Of a DNA stretch of 44,376 nt, positions 17,827 to 27,119 are shown in pieces. The notes beneath the pieces are model-generated. The model was not told the origin of the DNA. It saw only the letters and a program-made list of their open reading frames with translations, and ran no database searches. The stretch covers positions 1 through 44,376 of IMG/VR virus record IMGVR_UViG_3300017746_003174. One strand, 5' to 3'. How positions within the stretch are numbered: the stretch's first letter is position 1; every line of letters starts with the position of its first letter. Origin of the DNA: a virus (Duplodnaviria; Caudoviricetes). The position numbers were made by a program, and so were the translations under genes.

Positions 17827-18189
17827 ATGTTTAATGAATTAAGCGAAAGCAACATATATCTTTATGCTGCTCAAAATTATTATAATCCTCGTGGTGCAGA
17901 TCAAGAGGAATTTGATAAGGACATAAAAAGATTTAAGTACATCAAACGTCTGGTAAATCGGTATCTGGAAACAGGTGATTTATCAGAACGTTTGATACTT
18001 AATCATATTATTGTAGTCTTTAATGTATTTGGAATAGAAGCAGGAATTAAAATTCTTGCAGTCAAACTAGAAGGTAGACACTGGCCAGTAGTTAAACCAT
18101 TCTTAGTCTATCTTAAGTATATAAAAAATGATGAGTTTACTAATATTGAAATGGACCAAACAGTGGTCAATAAGCTAAGGAAGATTTAA
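17827..18189 (+). CDS. conserved T4-like phage hypothetical protein
   Basis: YYNP...EEF..DIKRFKYIKRL...ERLILNHII. Confidence 0.8.
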   Translation: MFNELSESNIYLYAAQNYYNPRGADQEEFDKDIKRFKYIKRLVNRYLETGDLSERLILNHIIVVFNVFGIEAGIKILAVKLEGRHWPVVKPFLVYLKYIKNDEFTNIEMDQTVVNKLRKI

Positions 18190-18777
18190 ATGGGTTTATT
18201 AACAAGAGCAGGTGATCTAGTCTACACCTTCAGATTTCTGAAGTTACTAGTTACTCCGTTTGAAAAAACTGATGCATTTAAATTAGGAATTGTGGATAGT
18301 AACGGTGTACGAGATAAAAGCGTCAAGCTTGATTCTACCACTAAAAAATCAGCATACACATATTTCGTTCGATTAGTATTCAATATCAAAAAATTACTTG
18401 CAAAAGTCCCAGGCGGTAGTTCTCGCTTAGGTACATATGCTGCAGCTTTATTTTTAGTAAAAGAAAAACTAGAATTAAGCGATGACAGCTGCATGAAAAT
18501 TATGGAGAAATCAGGTTACGAACCACTTGATTTCCTTGCAGAACAAAACACATGGTTTACACTTGCTGATGGTATGCTATCTCCGGGTGTTTATAGATTA
18601 TATGAAGATAAGATTGTAAATTCAACCGCTGAGTCAATTGTAAAAGCAAAAGATAAAATCATGGTAGAACCTGATTGTTATCCAGTAGGTGAGATGCTTG
18701 GCCTTAGCATATATGAAGTAAAGCATTATAATACAATGCAGCCAATATATGTCACAATTAGCGAGATCTATTCATGA
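18190..18777 (+). CDS. conserved T4-like phage hypothetical protein
   Basis: DLVYTFRFLKLLVTPF...AFKLGIVD...RLVFNIKKL. Confidence 0.8.
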   Translation: MGLLTRAGDLVYTFRFLKLLVTPFEKTDAFKLGIVDSNGVRDKSVKLDSTTKKSAYTYFVRLVFNIKKLLAKVPGGSSRLGTYAAALFLVKEKLELSDDSCMKIMEKSGYEPLDFLAEQNTWFTLADGMLSPGVYRLYEDKIVNSTAESIVKAKDKIMVEPDCYPVGEMLGLSIYEVKHYNTMQPIYVTISEIYS

Positions 18778-18938
18778 AGAAAATCACAGACAAAATAAAG
18801 AAAGAAGAGGCTCCGGCCACAAATACTTCTTCAATACCAAATATTCCTGGGTTGTCAATAACAAATGTTACAGATAAACGTAGGAAAAAAGATAAACCGC
18901 CACTTATGTTAAAACGATTTAGGGAGTATCTAAAATGA
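18774..18938 (+). CDS. small hypothetical protein (54 aa)
   Basis: ATGA overlaps at both ends; MKKITDKIKKEEAPATNT...MLKRFREYLK*. Confidence 0.6.
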   Translation: MKKITDKIKKEEAPATNTSSIPNIPGLSITNVTDKRRKKDKPPLMLKRFREYLK

Positions 18939-19402
18939 TAGCATTACTAGGGTCGCTTTTAGGATTTGCTGGTTCAGCAGTTCCTGCTATAACCGACATT
19001 TTTAAAGCTAAAGGCGATAGAAAACACGAATTAGACAAATTGCAACTTATGGGGCAATTTAAAAGAGATGGAATGGAATTCGATCTCAAGATGTATAATA
19101 CTATGGGTGCTGATGAAGAGCACAAAAGACTCATGGAACATGACATCGCAATTTCAAAAGGAACTGGTTTCATGTCAGGCTTACAAAAGTCTGTTAGACC
19201 AGTTATCACGTATGGTTTCTTTGGGTTATTCGTAACAATTGAAATCACCCTCCTTATGAGCGCAATTGAAATGGGTACATCATTTGCTGATGCTATTCAA
19301 TTGTTATGGGATGATGAAACAAAAGCAATTTTTGCAGCCATCATTTCATTCTGGTTTGGTTCAAGAGCAGTAGAAAAAGCCAGAGCAACTAAAGCAAAAT
19401 AA
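18935..19402 (+). CDS. membrane protein, 3TM holin-like
   Basis: SVRPVITY and AIISFWFGSR, with hydrophobic segments. Confidence 0.65.
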   Translation: MIALLGSLLGFAGSAVPAITDIFKAKGDRKHELDKLQLMGQFKRDGMEFDLKMYNTMGADEEHKRLMEHDIAISKGTGFMSGLQKSVRPVITYGFFGLFVTIEITLLMSAIEMGTSFADAIQLLWDDETKAIFAAIISFWFGSRAVEKARATKAK

Positions 19403-19419
19403 TTAAAATATTTTTGTTA

Positions 19420-19466
19420 AAAAGCCGCATTTAGTCCTTTACAAAATGCGGCTTTTGATATATAAT
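19420..19466 (+). promoter_or_regulatory. 13-bp inverted repeat (possible terminator) overlapping a sigma70 promoter of nrdA
   Basis: AAAAGCCGCATTT...AAATGCGGCTTTT; TTTACA(19438)-17nt-TATAAT(19461). Confidence 0.65.
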
Positions 19467-19531
19467 AGTACTATAAAAATTAAAACAGACACAGCGCTTA
19501 GCATCCTGTTAGGCGATAAGGAGCTATACGC

Positions 19532-21526
19532 ATGAAAATAAAAATTGACAAATCCAGAGACGCTTTACTTACTGACTATGCTGTCGGTATGCTAAAAGAC
19601 TTTTACATGCGTGATCATGAAAATTCTCCTCAAGAAGCTTATGCTAGAGCTGCTACTGCATGGTCAACATATAAAGGCAAAACTGATTGGGCTATGGCTC
19701 AACGTCTATATGATGCTGTTTCTAAAAAATGGTTTATGTTTGCCTCTCCTGTTTTGTCAAATGCTCCTAATGGTGCATCTAAAGACAAAGGATTGCCCAT
19801 TTCGTGTTTCTTGACTTATGTACCAGATACTCTTGAAGGTTTAATCTCTCATAGTTCTGAGCTGCGTTGGTTGTCTGTATTTGGTGGTGGTGTTGGTGGT
19901 CATTGGTCTGATGTAAGAACAGTGTCAGACATTGCACCCGGTCCATTGCCGTTTCTGCATACAGTTGATGCTGATATGATTGCATATAGACAAGGTAAAA
20001 CTCGTAAAGGGTCTTATGCTGCATATATGGATATATCACATCCTGATATTGTGGAATTTCTTAACATGCGTATTCCTACTGGTGATGTACAAAGGAAAGC
20101 ACTTAATTTACATAATGCTATTAACATCAGCGATGCATTTATGGAAGCCGTCTTAGCAGATGGTTCTTGGGACTTAAAGGATCCTAAAGACGATACTGTA
20201 AAAGAAACAGTAAATGCTCGTAAATTATGGCAAAGAATTATTGAGGTTAGATTTAGAACTGGTGAACCATATCTTAACTTTATTGATACAGCTAACAAAT
20301 ATTTACCGCAGCCTTTAGCGGAAGCAGGGTTAAAGATTCATGGGAGTAATTTATGCAATGAAATTCATCTACCGACAAGTGCTGACAGAACTGCTGTTTG
20401 TTGTCTTAGCAGTCTTAACCTCGAACTATTTGACGATTGGAAAAACACATCGCTTGTATCCGATCTGGTTGTTATGCTTGACAACGTGTTGGAATACTTT
20501 ATTGAGAACGCTCCGGATGCAATATCCAGAGCTAGATACTCGGCTGAAAGAGAAAGATCGATTGGCCTCGGCGCTATGGGATTCCACCACCTCCTCCAAA
20601 GACAAGGAGTAGCATGGGAATCAGAACTAGCACGTGAAATCAATGAAGTGGTATTTAAAAATATTAAAGTTAATGCTATAGCATCTACAAAGAATTTAGC
20701 AACTGAAAGAGGTAGTTATCCAGATGGTCCTCAGAGTGGTGTACGTAATAGTCATATATTGGCCATTGCACCTAATGCATCATCAGGTATTATATTAGGA
20801 ACATCTCCAAGTATTGAACCAGCGAAAGCAAATGCATACACTCATAGAACAAGAGCAGGTTCTTTTCTTGTTAAGAATCCATATTTAGAAGAAACTCTTG
20901 TTAAGTATGAAATGAATAATGATTCTACTTGGACTTCAATCATTACTGCTAAAGGGTCTGTACAACATTTGCCGTTTCTAACAGAAGGTGAAAAGGCTAT
21001 CTTTAAAACAGCTCAAGAATTAGATCAAAGCTGGGTAGTTACTCATGCTGCTGATAGACAACAATATATTTGCCAAGGCCAAAGTGTAAACGTATTCTTT
21101 CCATCTGGAGTAGAAAAAAGCTATGTCAATAAAGTACATATTGAAGCATGGAAAAAAGGTTTAAAAGGTCTTTACTATTTAAGAACAGAAGCATCAAGTC
21201 GTGCTGAAAATGTATCTGAAAAAGTAGAAAGAGTTGCACTACAAGACGATCAAAGAACTATCATATATGGTAAAACTGATTGTGTATATTGTGCAAAATC
21301 AAAAGAAGAATTAGAATTACGAGGAATTGTTTTTGATTTTATTAATTTAACTGAAATCAAAAAGACTGCAGCTGAAGTAACAGGCCGGAAGGTTACTACA
21401 GTTCCTCAAATCTATATGGCCGGTCAATATGTAGGTGGTTATAATGAACTTATGGAATATTTAAACACACCACAACCAACATACGAAATAACAGAATCAA
21501 ACGAATGCATAGCTTGCGAGGGGTAA
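19532..21526 (+). CDS. nrdA: class Ia ribonucleotide reductase alpha subunit with inserted glutaredoxin domain
   Basis: PISCF, GSNLCNEI, VCCLSS, APNASS, KGLYY, then a Grx domain (CVYC, TVPQI, GG) and the tail CIACEG. Confidence 0.95.
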   Translation: MKIKIDKSRDALLTDYAVGMLKDFYMRDHENSPQEAYARAATAWSTYKGKTDWAMAQRLYDAVSKKWFMFASPVLSNAPNGASKDKGLPISCFLTYVPDTLEGLISHSSELRWLSVFGGGVGGHWSDVRTVSDIAPGPLPFLHTVDADMIAYRQGKTRKGSYAAYMDISHPDIVEFLNMRIPTGDVQRKALNLHNAINISDAFMEAVLADGSWDLKDPKDDTVKETVNARKLWQRIIEVRFRTGEPYLNFIDTANKYLPQPLAEAGLKIHGSNLCNEIHLPTSADRTAVCCLSSLNLELFDDWKNTSLVSDLVVMLDNVLEYFIENAPDAISRARYSAERERSIGLGAMGFHHLLQRQGVAWESELAREINEVVFKNIKVNAIASTKNLATERGSYPDGPQSGVRNSHILAIAPNASSGIILGTSPSIEPAKANAYTHRTRAGSFLVKNPYLEETLVKYEMNNDSTWTSIITAKGSVQHLPFLTEGEKAIFKTAQELDQSWVVTHAADRQQYICQGQSVNVFFPSGVEKSYVNKVHIEAWKKGLKGLYYLRTEASSRAENVSEKVERVALQDDQRTIIYGKTDCVYCAKSKEELELRGIVFDFINLTEIKKTAAEVTGRKVTTVPQIYMAGQYVGGYNELMEYLNTPQPTYEITESNECIACEG

Positions 21527-21530
21527 TAAA

Positions 21531-22496
21531 ATGTCACTAATGGAATTTTCAAAATCATACAAGCCGTTTCAATATCCATGGGCGGTAGAACTAGTTAAAA
21601 AACACGAAGAGATCCATTGGGTCGAAGATGAGGCTGAACTGTCAGAAGACGTTCAGGATTGGAAAACAAAATTAAGTAGCGATGAGAAAGATTTCGTAAC
21701 TCAAATCCTTAGATTGTTTACTCAGTCTGATGTACAGGTTGGCGAAAACTATCATGAGCTTCTTATTCCAAAATTTAAGAATAACGAAATACGTAATATG
21801 TTAGCATCATTTGCTAATAGAGAAGGTGTACACCAAAGAGCATATGCTTTATTGAATGATACACTTGGTCTGCCAGATGAAGAGTTCCACTCATTCCTTG
21901 AGTATTCTGAAATGGCCGATAAGCTTGACTTTATGTCTGAAGGTAATATCAACACGCACCAAGGTTTGGCATTAGTACTAGCACAATCTGTATTTAACGA
22001 AGGTATGTCATTGTTTGCATCATTCGTTATGTTACTTAACTTTCAACGGTTCGGTAAGATGAAAGGTATGGGCACAATTGTAGAATGGTCTATACGCGAT
22101 GAAACTATGCATGTTCAAGGTGTATCTAAACTATTCCGTCAGCTTTGTGAAGAAAAGCCACGTATTGTAAATGATGAACTTAAATCAAAAATCTATGAGA
22201 TTGCAAATAATGGTGTAGATCTAGAAGATAAGTTTATTGATCTTGCATTTAATGGTACTAAAGAAATCCAAGGTTTGACTAAGAAAGATGTAAAGACATA
22301 CATTCGACATATTGCAGACCGTAGATTACTTCAGATTGGTTTAAAGCCTATCTTTAAGCAAAAAGATAATCCACTCCCATGGCTTGATTGGGTACTTAAC
22401 GGTGCTTCACATGACAACTTCTTTGAAAAAAGAGTTACTGAATATTCAGTCAATGGACTAACAGGTGATTGGGGTTGGGACGCTGAAGCTGCTTAA
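21531..22496 (+). CDS. nrdB: ribonucleotide reductase beta subunit
   Basis: REGVHQRAY, EGMSLFASF, IRDETMH and NFFEKRVTEY. Confidence 0.95.
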   Translation: MSLMEFSKSYKPFQYPWAVELVKKHEEIHWVEDEAELSEDVQDWKTKLSSDEKDFVTQILRLFTQSDVQVGENYHELLIPKFKNNEIRNMLASFANREGVHQRAYALLNDTLGLPDEEFHSFLEYSEMADKLDFMSEGNINTHQGLALVLAQSVFNEGMSLFASFVMLLNFQRFGKMKGMGTIVEWSIRDETMHVQGVSKLFRQLCEEKPRIVNDELKSKIYEIANNGVDLEDKFIDLAFNGTKEIQGLTKKDVKTYIRHIADRRLLQIGLKPIFKQKDNPLPWLDWVLNGASHDNFFEKRVTEYSVNGLTGDWGWDAEAA

Positions 22497-23074
22497 TGAA
22501 GTATTCAGTAGATTATGACATTGATGTTAATTATCCTGTTCTTGTAGATAGTATTGAACATCTATACGAACAGGATATTAACGGCTGGTATCTTGAGTTA
22601 TTAGATCTTAAGTCAATTTTACCTGATTTTTATAATGAACTTGAAAAACAATTTGACAGCGAAATTACTGTCACTCGATTGTTTGTAACATCACATAATA
22701 CATTTTCAACTATACACAGAGATGAAGCTTACAAGTGGGCTTTGAACATTCCTATCACAGGATGCAAAGGCAGTTACAATGTGTGGTACGAATTACCAGA
22801 ATCGGTAGAAAGTATTTTTAGTGGAAAAAAAGACGCGGAAGGAGTAAAGTTCGCAGCAAATAATTCTGGTGCGAAAGTTTATAAATTAGGTGAAATAGGT
22901 GAAGCAATTCATAGAGTTGAATTAAACACTCCTATGATATTTAATGCCGATATTCCGCATAATGTCATTACCGATAAGTTTGGTGATGGCCAACTAAGAG
23001 TGGTTTTATCTGTTCGCTTTAAGACAGGTAAGACTCAAACATTTCAAGAAACTTGTAAACAGATGGGGCTATAA
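22496..23074 (+). CDS. Fe(II)/2OG oxygenase-like protein
   Basis: TIHRD, ALNIPI, PHNV and RVVLSVRF. Confidence 0.7.
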   Translation: MKYSVDYDIDVNYPVLVDSIEHLYEQDINGWYLELLDLKSILPDFYNELEKQFDSEITVTRLFVTSHNTFSTIHRDEAYKWALNIPITGCKGSYNVWYELPESVESIFSGKKDAEGVKFAANNSGAKVYKLGEIGEAIHRVELNTPMIFNADIPHNVITDKFGDGQLRVVLSVRFKTGKTQTFQETCKQMGL

Positions 23075-23220
23075 TGGAATACAGGATTGAATGTAATGAG
23101 TGCGAGCAAGAATCAACTGTTATCGTATCTCAAGAAGCAGAATTTTGCCCCGTATGTGGTAGAAGAGCAATTGCAACAATGTTAGAAGAGGAACTAGATT
23201 TTGGAGATCTAGAGGACTAA
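23074..23220 (+). CDS. small zinc-ribbon protein (48 aa)
   Basis: CNEC...FCPVCG with an acidic tail; TAATG overlap. Confidence 0.7.
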   Translation: MEYRIECNECEQESTVIVSQEAEFCPVCGRRAIATMLEEELDFGDLED

Positions 23221-23231
23221 TATATAACTAT

Positions 23232-23639
23232 ATGAAATGGTTATATGAGAATAAAGAATACGATGAAACCCCTGATGAGTATCAGGGGTTCGTCTACTTA
23301 ATCACCGAGTTAGATACAGGGAAAATGTACGTTGGCAAAAAGTTTTTCTGGAAACCCAAAACTCTCCCTATCACGAAAAGTCGTAAAAGGCGTGTCAAGA
23401 CTCGTGTTGAGTCAGACTGGAGAACTTACTACGGGTCCTCCATTACAGTTCAAAACCTCGTCGAAAAAAAAGGTCTTGACAATTGGAAAAGAGAAATCTT
23501 AAAGCTCTGTAAGACTAAAGGTGAATGTTCATATTACGAAGCAAGAGAACAGTTTGCTCGTGATGTGTTATTATCAACTGAATATTATAATGAATTTATA
23601 GGATGTAAAATACATGCCAAACACCTCGGAAAAAGTTAG
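23232..23639 (+). CDS. GIY-YIG endonuclease (T4 endonuclease II/DenA-like)
   Basis: GFVYLIT...YVGKK, YYGSS, SYYE and YYNEFI. Confidence 0.8.
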   Translation: MKWLYENKEYDETPDEYQGFVYLITELDTGKMYVGKKFFWKPKTLPITKSRKRRVKTRVESDWRTYYGSSITVQNLVEKKGLDNWKREILKLCKTKGECSYYEAREQFARDVLLSTEYYNEFIGCKIHAKHLGKS

Positions 23640-23853
23640 TCATAAAAGACATTTAGCCAAAGCAATCACTTGGCGAATCATAGCATCAATAGTAACAGCA
23701 ATCATTGCTTTCGTATTTGGGTTACCACCTAAAGCCGTTGGTATGGTATTTGTTGCTGATTTGATTATTAAGTTTGTGATGTACTATATTCATGAAAGAG
23801 TATGGTATTCACATATAAAGTATGGTGTCCAGGGTCACTCTCGTGCAAAGTGA
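23614..23853 (+). CDS. DUF2061-like membrane protein
   Basis: RHLAKAITWRII...YYIHERVW. Confidence 0.8.
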   Translation: MPNTSEKVSHKRHLAKAITWRIIASIVTAIIAFVFGLPPKAVGMVFVADLIIKFVMYYIHERVWYSHIKYGVQGHSRAK

Positions 23854-24029
23854 TGTATATATACTCACATAGCGCTGACGAGCTCAACGAGAGTGAGGCT
23901 TTCTAATATTTACTTTAATCAATATAATTAAATTTCATAATATAGTACTATAATGAAATATTATTCTATAAAATGACATATAATAGTAATATAATTATAA
24001 AAAAAGGTGAAAAATAGTGAAATTAATGG

Positions 24030-24058
24030 TGTACATTATACTAAAACTATGGTATAAT
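24030..24058 (+). promoter_or_regulatory. early promoter
   Basis: TGTACA-17nt-TATAAT. Confidence 0.85.
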
Positions 24059-24087
24059 AATCTATATAATGGAAAAGGACATATATT

Positions 24088-24930
24088 ATGATTATGATTG
24101 ACTATAACGGTATTGCTATTGGTAATATCATCACACAAAGACTAGATACTGATGAGAATATGATTCGTCATATGATTCTCAATAGCATTCGAATGTATCG
24201 TAAAAAGTTCACTCAGCAATATGGTGAAGTCGTTATCGTATCTGATAATGGTGGTAACTGGCGTAAAGATGTCTTTCCTCAATACAAGTTTTCACGTAAG
24301 AAAAACCGTGATGATTCGTCTATGGATTGGAATGAAGTATTTCGTATCACTAATATGGTACTAGACGAAATCAAAGAAAACTTTCCTTATAAAGTAGTTC
24401 ACCAATATGGTTGTGAAGCCGATGATGCTATTGCACACATTGCTTTTCAAACCGAAGAATTTGGCATGCATGAGCCTATCATGATTGTATCAGCAGATAA
24501 AGACTTTGCTCAATTACAAACAATGAAACATGTTTCTCAGTTTTCTAATATGACTAAAAAGTTCATAAAAGAAGATAACCCTCGTCACCAGCTCCTTTCC
24601 TTGATACTATCTGGTGATGCGTCTGACGGCGTGCCTAATGTCCTTTCCGATGACAATGTATTTGTCGAAGGTCGTCGTCAGACACCCCTTTCAGCTAAGA
24701 AGAAAGCGCTTCTCATGGAGAATCCTCATGCGCTTGGCGATGATGTATATCGTAACTTTTTACGCAATAAAAAACTTATAGATTTATCCCAAACACCACC
24801 TAGTGTAATTAAGGATATTATAAATAACTTTAATGGACAGGACCAAGAGTCTAATAAAGCTAAAGTCTTTCCATACCTCGTTGAAAAACGTTGTAAGAAT
24901 CTGATTGAAGTTGTACAGGAGTTTATATAA
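24088..24930 (+). CDS. rnh: T4-type RNase H (5'-3' exonuclease)
   Basis: WRKDVFPQYK, EADDAIA, SADKDFAQL and GDASDGVPN. Confidence 0.92.
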   Translation: MIMIDYNGIAIGNIITQRLDTDENMIRHMILNSIRMYRKKFTQQYGEVVIVSDNGGNWRKDVFPQYKFSRKKNRDDSSMDWNEVFRITNMVLDEIKENFPYKVVHQYGCEADDAIAHIAFQTEEFGMHEPIMIVSADKDFAQLQTMKHVSQFSNMTKKFIKEDNPRHQLLSLILSGDASDGVPNVLSDDNVFVEGRRQTPLSAKKKALLMENPHALGDDVYRNFLRNKKLIDLSQTPPSVIKDIINNFNGQDQESNKAKVFPYLVEKRCKNLIEVVQEFI

Positions 24931-25349
24931 TGGCAACATTACAAATCTACCAAGTACTCGAGCAAACTGCTAGTAAACGTCACAAACAGCAGAAAATCGA
25001 GTTTTTACAAACAAACGAATCATGGGCCCTCAAAGACGTTTTGCGAGGAACTTATGATGATACAGTAAGATGGAACCTTCCAGTAGGCGCTCCCCCTTAT
25101 ACGGCTGCTCCTGAGCATAGTCACCCCTCATCTCTTTTAAGAGAAAACAAAAACTTTGGATATTTTGCAGTAGGTGGACCTGACATGCCAAACTATAAGA
25201 GAGAGCGAGTGTTCATTGCAATTTTAGAAGGTGTTCATCCTAAAGACGCGGAGATCGTAATCAACATGGTAAATAAAAAACCACTAGACGGTATTTCGAA
25301 ACCAATTGTAGAGGAGGCATTTCCCGGTTTAATCTTAAGTGCAGATTAG
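24930..25349 (+). CDS. conserved T4-like phage hypothetical protein (DUF6433-like)
   Basis: LPVGAPPY, KRERVFI..LEGVHPKDA and EAFPGL. An upstream TATAAATA lies at 24819. Confidence 0.75.
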   Translation: MATLQIYQVLEQTASKRHKQQKIEFLQTNESWALKDVLRGTYDDTVRWNLPVGAPPYTAAPEHSHPSSLLRENKNFGYFAVGGPDMPNYKRERVFIAILEGVHPKDAEIVINMVNKKPLDGISKPIVEEAFPGLILSAD

Positions 25350-25392
25350 TCTTTCATATTTTCCAATCAAACTATTAACAAAAGGAACCTTT

Positions 25393-25551
25393 ATGTCCCA
25401 ATCACAAGTCGAAAGACTTAAAAAAGATGTAGAAGAACTTAATGAATATGCTAAACGTTTGAAAAGGAGAGGGCAGAAAGACCTCTTATCCAAGATTATC
25501 CACAAGAAACAATTTTTAGAGCAACATCTAGCGCAAGCTGGTGTTGCATAA
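25393..25551 (+). CDS. small hypothetical protein
   Basis: The ATG at 25393 follows AAGGA. Confidence 0.65.
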   Translation: MSQSQVERLKKDVEELNEYAKRLKRRGQKDLLSKIIHKKQFLEQHLAQAGVA

Positions 25552-25556
25552 ACTGT

Positions 25557-25585
25557 TGTACTTTTCCGGCTGGATGTGGTATAAT
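25557..25585 (+). promoter_or_regulatory. early promoter
   Basis: TGTACT-17nt-TATAAT, overlapped by an inverted repeat. Confidence 0.8.
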
Positions 25586-25617
25586 AGTACTATATCCAGC
25601 CAACTAGGAGTTACATT

Positions 25618-26199
25618 ATGAATATTTTTATCCTCGATCAAGACCCAGTCAAAGCAGCACAATTACAGTGCGACAAACATGTACCAAAGATGGTTGTCGA
25701 ATCTGCACAAATGTTATCTACTGCACATCGTATGCTTGACGGCTTACCTACCAAAAAACCTAGCAAATCCGGCAAGCGTATGGTTACATATTACGACTTG
25801 TACTTAGGTGCTGATGACCTTGAAGCCGAATTGCTATTTTACAAAGATGTTCATCACAATCATCCTTGTACGGTATGGACTCGCGAATCAAAAGCCAATT
25901 ACAACTGGCATTGGTTGCACTTTAAAGCACTATGCGAAGAATATAAATACCGTTATGGAAGGTACCATGCCACTCATGACAGGTTGCTATTTCCTTTACA
26001 ATACGCCCCTCGTAACATACCAGACATCGGCATGACCCCGTTCAAACTGGCTATGAAAGCTCATCCAGAATGTATGTTCGAGGATCCAATCAAGTCCTAT
26101 AGATTATTCTATAGAACCAAACGTGATCGCTTTAAGATGGTATGGTCTAAGCGTGACGAACCAAAATGGTTTAATGAAAATGCCAACGTATACAGTTAG
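25618..26199 (+). CDS. pyrimidine dimer DNA glycosylase (DenV-like family)
   Basis: MNIFILD, DKHVPKMVVESAQMLSTAHR, HNHPCTVW and EYKYRY. Confidence 0.85.
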   Translation: MNIFILDQDPVKAAQLQCDKHVPKMVVESAQMLSTAHRMLDGLPTKKPSKSGKRMVTYYDLYLGADDLEAELLFYKDVHHNHPCTVWTRESKANYNWHWLHFKALCEEYKYRYGRYHATHDRLLFPLQYAPRNIPDIGMTPFKLAMKAHPECMFEDPIKSYRLFYRTKRDRFKMVWSKRDEPKWFNENANVYS

Positions 26200-26413
26200 A
26201 AGAGAAGACGGAGAAGAAGAATGGGATGTTATGTGTTCTCACAAAGAACTCGTAGAAATGCTGGATGAATATAAGCTCGTCCAAGTTTACAAAGCACTCA
26301 ACCTCATTCATGGCCAAGAAGGCTCAACGCGGAAGGCGGCAGGGCACGAATGGAACGACATGCTCAAACAAATCAAAAAGGGGTCTGGACGTGGCAACAC
26401 GATCAAAACTTGA
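26180..26413 (+). CDS. small protein, FmdB-like N-terminus without Zn cysteines
   Basis: MPTYT start and W.DMLKQIK; sits immediately upstream of phoH. Confidence 0.6.
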   Translation: MPTYTVRREDGEEEWDVMCSHKELVEMLDEYKLVQVYKALNLIHGQEGSTRKAAGHEWNDMLKQIKKGSGRGNTIKT

Positions 26414-27119
26414 TGCACCTACTGCTAGGCCCGGTAAAGGGTCTAACAACAGTATGACAGTTAAAATCAACGATCTATTGGAATTTAGACCAATTACTGC
26501 AAACCAAGAAACAGTCTTTGATCGCTGGGATGATGGAGATAACCTTGTGTTGTCTGGATCTGCTGGTACAGGTAAGACTTTCCTAGCCATGTATTTGGGG
26601 TTTGAAGAAGTCTTAGATAGAGAAAACTTTAAGGACAGATTGATTATAATTAGATCAATGGTTCCAGTAAGAGAGATGGGATTTCTCCCAGGATCAGCTG
26701 AAGAAAAGAAAGAAGTCTATACTGTACCTTATAAGAATATTTGCACAGAGTTATTTGGAGACAAAGCCTCATATAACAAGATGATAAACACAGGCCAAAT
26801 ATTGTTTGAGTCTACATCATTTATTAGAGGTGCAACTTTTGATAACTGTGTCATCGTTGTAGATGAAATGCAAAACCTTAGTTTTCATGAATTAGACTCT
26901 GTCATTACTCGTGTAGGTAATAATTGTAGAGTTATTTTTAGTGGTGACTACAGGCAGTCTGATTTTAGAAATACATCTGAAAAAGATGGACTCATTAAGT
27001 TCTTAGCAATTATGGAACAGCTTAAGAACTTTTCAACAGTTGAATTCGGATGGGATGACATCGTAAGATCTGATTTTGTTCGAGACTATATTATGACAAA
27101 AGAAATGTTAGGATATTAA
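26265..27119 (+). CDS. phoH: PhoH-family ATPase
   Basis: GSAGTGKT, GFLPG, FIRGATF, VDEMQN, GDYRQSD and DIVRS. The true start is probably further downstream (26391 or 26454). Confidence 0.93.
   Translation: MNISSSKFTKHSTSFMAKKAQRGRRQGTNGTTCSNKSKRGLDVATRSKLDAPTARPGKGSNNSMTVKINDLLEFRPITANQETVFDRWDDGDNLVLSGSAGTGKTFLAMYLGFEEVLDRENFKDRLIIIRSMVPVREMGFLPGSAEEKKEVYTVPYKNICTELFGDKASYNKMINTGQILFESTSFIRGATFDNCVIVVDEMQNLSFHELDSVITRVGNNCRVIFSGDYRQSDFRNTSEKDGLIKFLAIMEQLKNFSTVEFGWDDIVRSDFVRDYIMTKEMLGY

Noticed and set aside
19532-22496. Intron or intein in nrdA/nrdB (also checked thyX and gp41)
   Set aside because: Frames are continuous and of normal length. The only insertion is Grx-like and has no intein splice motifs.
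23232-23639. Mobile homing endonuclease
   Set aside because: A short catalytic domain only, with no DNA-binding tail; more like DenA/endonuclease II.
25942-25949. Intragenic TATAAATA (also 42635-42642)
   Set aside because: Could occur by chance in AT-rich coding DNA and is not close to a start codon, so it is not listed as a feature, though a function cannot be excluded.
26265-26390. Long N-terminal extension of PhoH as a dual-coding region
   Set aside because: It overlaps the FmdB-like gene; a downstream start (26391 or 26454) is simpler.
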